64,000 bases of DNA from an uncultured Actinomycetes bacterium (GTDB lineage Bacteria > Actinomycetota > Thermoleophilia > UBA2241). Shown here piece after piece: positions 60,963 through 64,000 of this stretch. The position numbers were made by a program, and so were the translations under genes. The DNA lies in NCBI GenBank assembly GCA_963709345.1, contig CAVPVX010000007.1, positions 576,001-640,000 on the forward strand. Direction: 5' to 3'. A model generated the notes under the pieces. It worked only from the letters and a program-made list of their open reading frames with translations. It was not told where the DNA came from and made no database searches. Position 1 is the first letter of the stretch; every line of letters starts with the position of its first letter.

Positions 60963-61823
60963 TCAAGAGCGCGCCGCCACCTCGCGCGTGAGGCGCTCGG
61001 CCTCGCGGCGCGGCAGGCCGAGGCAGACGTGCAGGGCCGCGGCGGCGTCCCGGCGCGACAAGCCGCGGCCGAGCAGGGTCTCCGCCGCGGCCACCGCGGC
61101 GGGGCGGCGGGCGACGTCCGGGTCGAGTGGCGCTCCGACGTCGATCACCAGGGTGATCTCGCCGCGCACGGCCGCCGTCGGGCCGGCGTCGGGCCCAGGC
61201 ACAGGGTTGCGCTCGCTCAGGTCGAGCAGCGAGCCCCGCACGACCTGCTCGTGCACTTTCGTGAGCTCCCTGCAGATGGCGGCGCGCCCCTCCGGCAGCG
61301 CCGCCGCCAGCACGGCCAGGCTGCGCGCGAGCCGCCGGCCGGTCTCGAACGCGATCACGAGGCCGCCGGAGCGGCGCCACTCGGTGAAGGCGACCTCGAG
61401 CTCGCGCGCGCGGCGCGGAAGATAGCCGACGAAGCGAAAGCCGTCGCCGCCGATGCCGGCGGCGACGAGCGCCGTGAGCACCGCCGACGGCCCCGGAAGC
61501 ACCGTCATCTCCAGGTCTTCAGCAACGACGCGCTCGATGAGGCGCATGCCGGGATCCTGCACGCCGGGCATCCCGGCGTCGGTGACGAGCGCGACCGTGG
61601 ATCCGCCTCGCAGCAGGCGGAGGACCGCGTCGGTCTTCTGCAGTTCGTTGTGCTGGAAGAAGCTGGTAAGCGGGGTGTGGATGGCGAAGTGGCTGAGCAG
61701 CTTCCGCGTCCGCCGCGTGTCTTCGGCGGCGACCAGCTCGGCGTCGCGCAGCGCCTCGAGGACGCGCGGCGACACGTCCCCGAGATTGCCGATGGGGGTG
61801 GCGCATACGTAGAGCATGGTCAT
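60963..61823 (-). CDS. rsmI: 16S rRNA C1402 2'-O-methyltransferase
   Basis: ATPIGNLGD, AEDTR, DAGMPG..DPG, PGPSA, RELTK and GEI. Confidence 0.93.
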   Translation of the reverse strand: MTMLYVCATPIGNLGDVSPRVLEALRDAELVAAEDTRRTRKLLSHFAIHTPLTSFFQHNELQKTDAVLRLLRGGSTVALVTDAGMPGVQDPGMRLIERVVAEDLEMTVLPGPSAVLTALVAAGIGGDGFRFVGYLPRRARELEVAFTEWRRSGGLVIAFETGRRLARSLAVLAAALPEGRAAICRELTKVHEQVVRGSLLDLSERNPVPGPDAGPTAAVRGEITLVIDVGAPLDPDVARRPAAVAAAETLLGRGLSRRDAAAALHVCLGLPRREAERLTREVAARS

Positions 61824-62341
61824 CCCTCCCGCAGAAAGCGTTCGATGAAGAGGACGTCGACCTCGCGGCCGCCGACCCGCGCGTGGCGCCGCGCGGTGCC
61901 GACGACCATGAAGCCGAGCGCAAGGTGATACGCGAGCGAGTCGAGGTTGTCGGCGCGCAGGTCGGTGAACACCTTGTCGTAGCCGAGGTCGAGGGCGGCG
62001 GCGAAGGAGGCTCGCGCCAGCGCCGCCCCCACGCCCCGGCGACGGTGAGCAGCGTCGACGTACGTGCCCATGGTCGAGACGTGGTCGAACTCGTGGGTCA
62101 CGAACGTGTTCCACGGGATCACCGTCTGGACGCCGACGACCCCGGCCGCGGGGTCCGTGGCGACGTGCATGAACGCGCGCTCGGGAAGTGCCTCGATGTA
62201 GGCGCGCTCCTCGGCGACGGTGAACGGCGTATCGAGCAGGCTGTGGCGGCCGCCGAGGATGATCGCGTTCAGCACGGCGCCGACTCCGGCGGCGTCGTCC
62301 GGGCCGGCGCGCCTGATCGAGATCCCGGCCGCGGAGCTCAC
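61820..62341 (-). CDS. GNAT family acetyltransferase
   Basis: IRRA..DD, V..AHRRRGVG and N..SLAY..LGF. Confidence 0.85.
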   Translation of the reverse strand: MSSAAGISIRRAGPDDAAGVGAVLNAIILGGRHSLLDTPFTVAEERAYIEALPERAFMHVATDPAAGVVGVQTVIPWNTFVTHEFDHVSTMGTYVDAAHRRRGVGAALARASFAAALDLGYDKVFTDLRADNLDSLAYHLALGFMVVGTARRHARVGGREVDVLFIERFLREG

Positions 62342-62778
62342 GCCGGCGGCCTGCGAATGACCACCATGATCTCCAGCTCGTCGAACTCGATCGGCCGACG
62401 CCCCCGGACGCCGGCCGCGCCGCCCCAGACGTACGCGATGGGGAACCCGGCCGCTCCCCAAAGCAGGGCGAGCTCGCTGGGCACGTAGCCACACTTGCGC
62501 AGCGGAAGGCTGCGCGGCTCATCCTCGGTCTGCCGCTCCATGTCGCACGCCTCGGTCAGCGTCGCAGAGTCGAAAGCGCCGTGCTCGCTCCCGTCCAGCC
62601 TCGCGGCGTGGGTCATGGGCAGGCCGTGGAGGGCGGTGAGCAAGGACCGCGGCCACGGCGCAACGCCCAGCTCTTCCACGAGGCACTCAGCCTCGCGCAC
62701 GCTGTCGGTGGTGAACGCCTCGTTCGCATACGGAGACGCGCAGCCGTCGAAGGACTCGCGCCAGACACTGTCGGTCAT
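62338..62778 (-). pseudogene. Internally deleted class I SAM methyltransferase remnant
   Basis: N-terminus (W..FDG..Y..E.FT..E..L.EELG) and C-terminus (PSEL..AGF..VWGG..EIMVV) resemble the family, but no GxGxG SAM motif lies between them. Confidence 0.45.
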
Positions 62779-62998
62779 GCTGCTCCAGTCGGAGATCGGC
62801 TCCATTCTTTCAGGAGTGAGCCTGGGGAGCGAGTGGGCGTGCCCTGCCGGGGTGATGAAGACGCGCCCGGCCGGCGCAGGAGGACAACCGCGGCCTGCGC
62901 AGGGAGGGATGCGTCCATGTTCCGACCATCGGCTCTGGGCGCCACGGCCACAACCCCCCTGGGCAGGCGGTGGGGCCGTTGGCGGTAGACTTGCGACC

Positions 62999-63196
62999 AT
63001 GATGGACTGGCCCGCACGCATCGGTACGGCGCGCCCGTCGGACGCCCCCGCCCTGGCCGGCCTCTGCACGGAGCTCGGCTGTCGGTCGCCGGAGGCACAG
63101 TTCCGCGACCGGCTGTGCCTGCTCGCCGATCCCGAGCGGACGCTCCCCGGCTGCCGGACCGTCAAGGACCAGCGCGTCTACGAGTACCTGCCGTGA
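62999..63196 (+). pseudogene. Internally deleted GNAT acetyltransferase remnant
   Basis: GNAT-like start (I..ARPSDA..LA.L..ELG..RL) is joined directly to a GNAT-like end (G..TVK.QRVY). The acetyl-CoA motif is absent. Confidence 0.45.
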
Positions 63197-64000
63197 AGCG
63201 CATCGTCCTCGGCGACTGCCTCGACGTGCTGTCCGGGCTGCCCGACGGCTGCGCCCGGCTGATCTACGTCGACCCGCCGTTCAACACCGGCAAGGACGCA
63301 GCGACGCACGCAGTCTCGCACCGTGCGCGACGCACGCGGTGACCGCACCGGCTTCAAGGGCGAACGCTACCGCAGCGAAGTGCTCGGCACGCACGTCGTG
63401 GCCCGACGCCTTCGACGACTACCTCGGCTTCCTGAGGCCGCGGCTCGCGGAGGCGCGGCGCGTCCTTGCCCGGGACGGCTCGCCTCTTCTTCCACATCGA
63501 CCCGCGCGAGGGCCACTACTGCAAGGTGCTGCTCGACGAGGTCTTCGGACGCGACTCGTTCCTCAACGAGATCGTCTGGGCCTACGACTACGGCGGGCGC
63601 ACGCAAGAAGCGCTGGCCGGCCAAGCACGACATGCATCTTCTGGTACGCCCGCGACCCCGCCCGCTACGTCTTCCGCCACGACGACATCGATCGCGTCCC
63701 CTACATGGCGCCCGGCCTCGTCGGCCCCGAGAAGGCCGCCCGCGGCAAGACGCCGACGGACGTGTGGTGGCAGACCATCGTCAGCCCCACCGGCACCGAG
63801 AAGACCGGCTACCCGACGCAGAAGCCTCTCAAGGTCCTCGAGCGCATCGTGCGCGTCCACTCGGATCCCGGCGACCTCGTGCTCGACTTCTTCGCCGGGA
63901 GTGGCACGACCGGCGAGGCGGCGGCGCGTCTCGGCAGGCACTACCTGCTCGTCGACTCCAACCCCGAGGCGGTCCGGGTCATGAGCTCACGGCTGGCGTG
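63193..64000 (+). CDS. Beta-class N6/N4 DNA methyltransferase, multiply frameshifted, 3' end outside window
   Basis: GDCL, IYVDPPF (motif IV), FLNEIVWAY, YPTQKP and LDFFAGSGTT (motif I) are spread over several frames. Confidence 0.8.

Noticed and set aside
63193-64000. Restriction-modification or defence system
   Set aside because: Only a methyltransferase is visible and it is cut by the window edge. No endonuclease is in view.

Overview
Very GC-rich bacterial DNA, inferred to be from an anaerobic Actinomycetota (possibly Thermoleophilia-like), based on gene order, DUF501 and TAGACT-type promoters. The backbone is the conserved minus-strand housekeeping run rsmI...metG-tatD-rsmA-ispE-tRNA-Gln-glmU-prs-rplY-pth-mfd-prsA-mazG-eno-ftsB-DUF501-ppx-tRNA-Leu(TAA). 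Between rsmI and metG sits a ~14 kb accessory block. It contains an Lrp/aminotransferase/agmatinase unit and the most notable locus: rex, a stand-alone receiver, hydC-hydB-hydA (electron-bifurcating-type [FeFe]-hydrogenase), a sensory-type [FeFe]-hydrogenase fused to a histidine kinase, a second receiver and a hybrid REC-PAS-kinase, with two Rex-type operators and no DNA-binding output regulator. The left part holds dnaE2 (5' truncated), a PASTA kinase with an atypical catalytic loop, an HtpX-zinc-ribbon fusion, a pilin, accC, a receiver-fused PilB/GspE ATPase, copA with a CsoR box and a zur-znuACB operon. Signals not in the ORF track include two structured C/U-rich candidate ncRNAs (about 6.57-6.72 kb and 10.95-11.13 kb), two small ORFs with RBSs (22 and 27 aa), three internally deleted genes and several single-base frameshifts that are probably sequencing errors. 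All calls come from motif reading; no searches were run.
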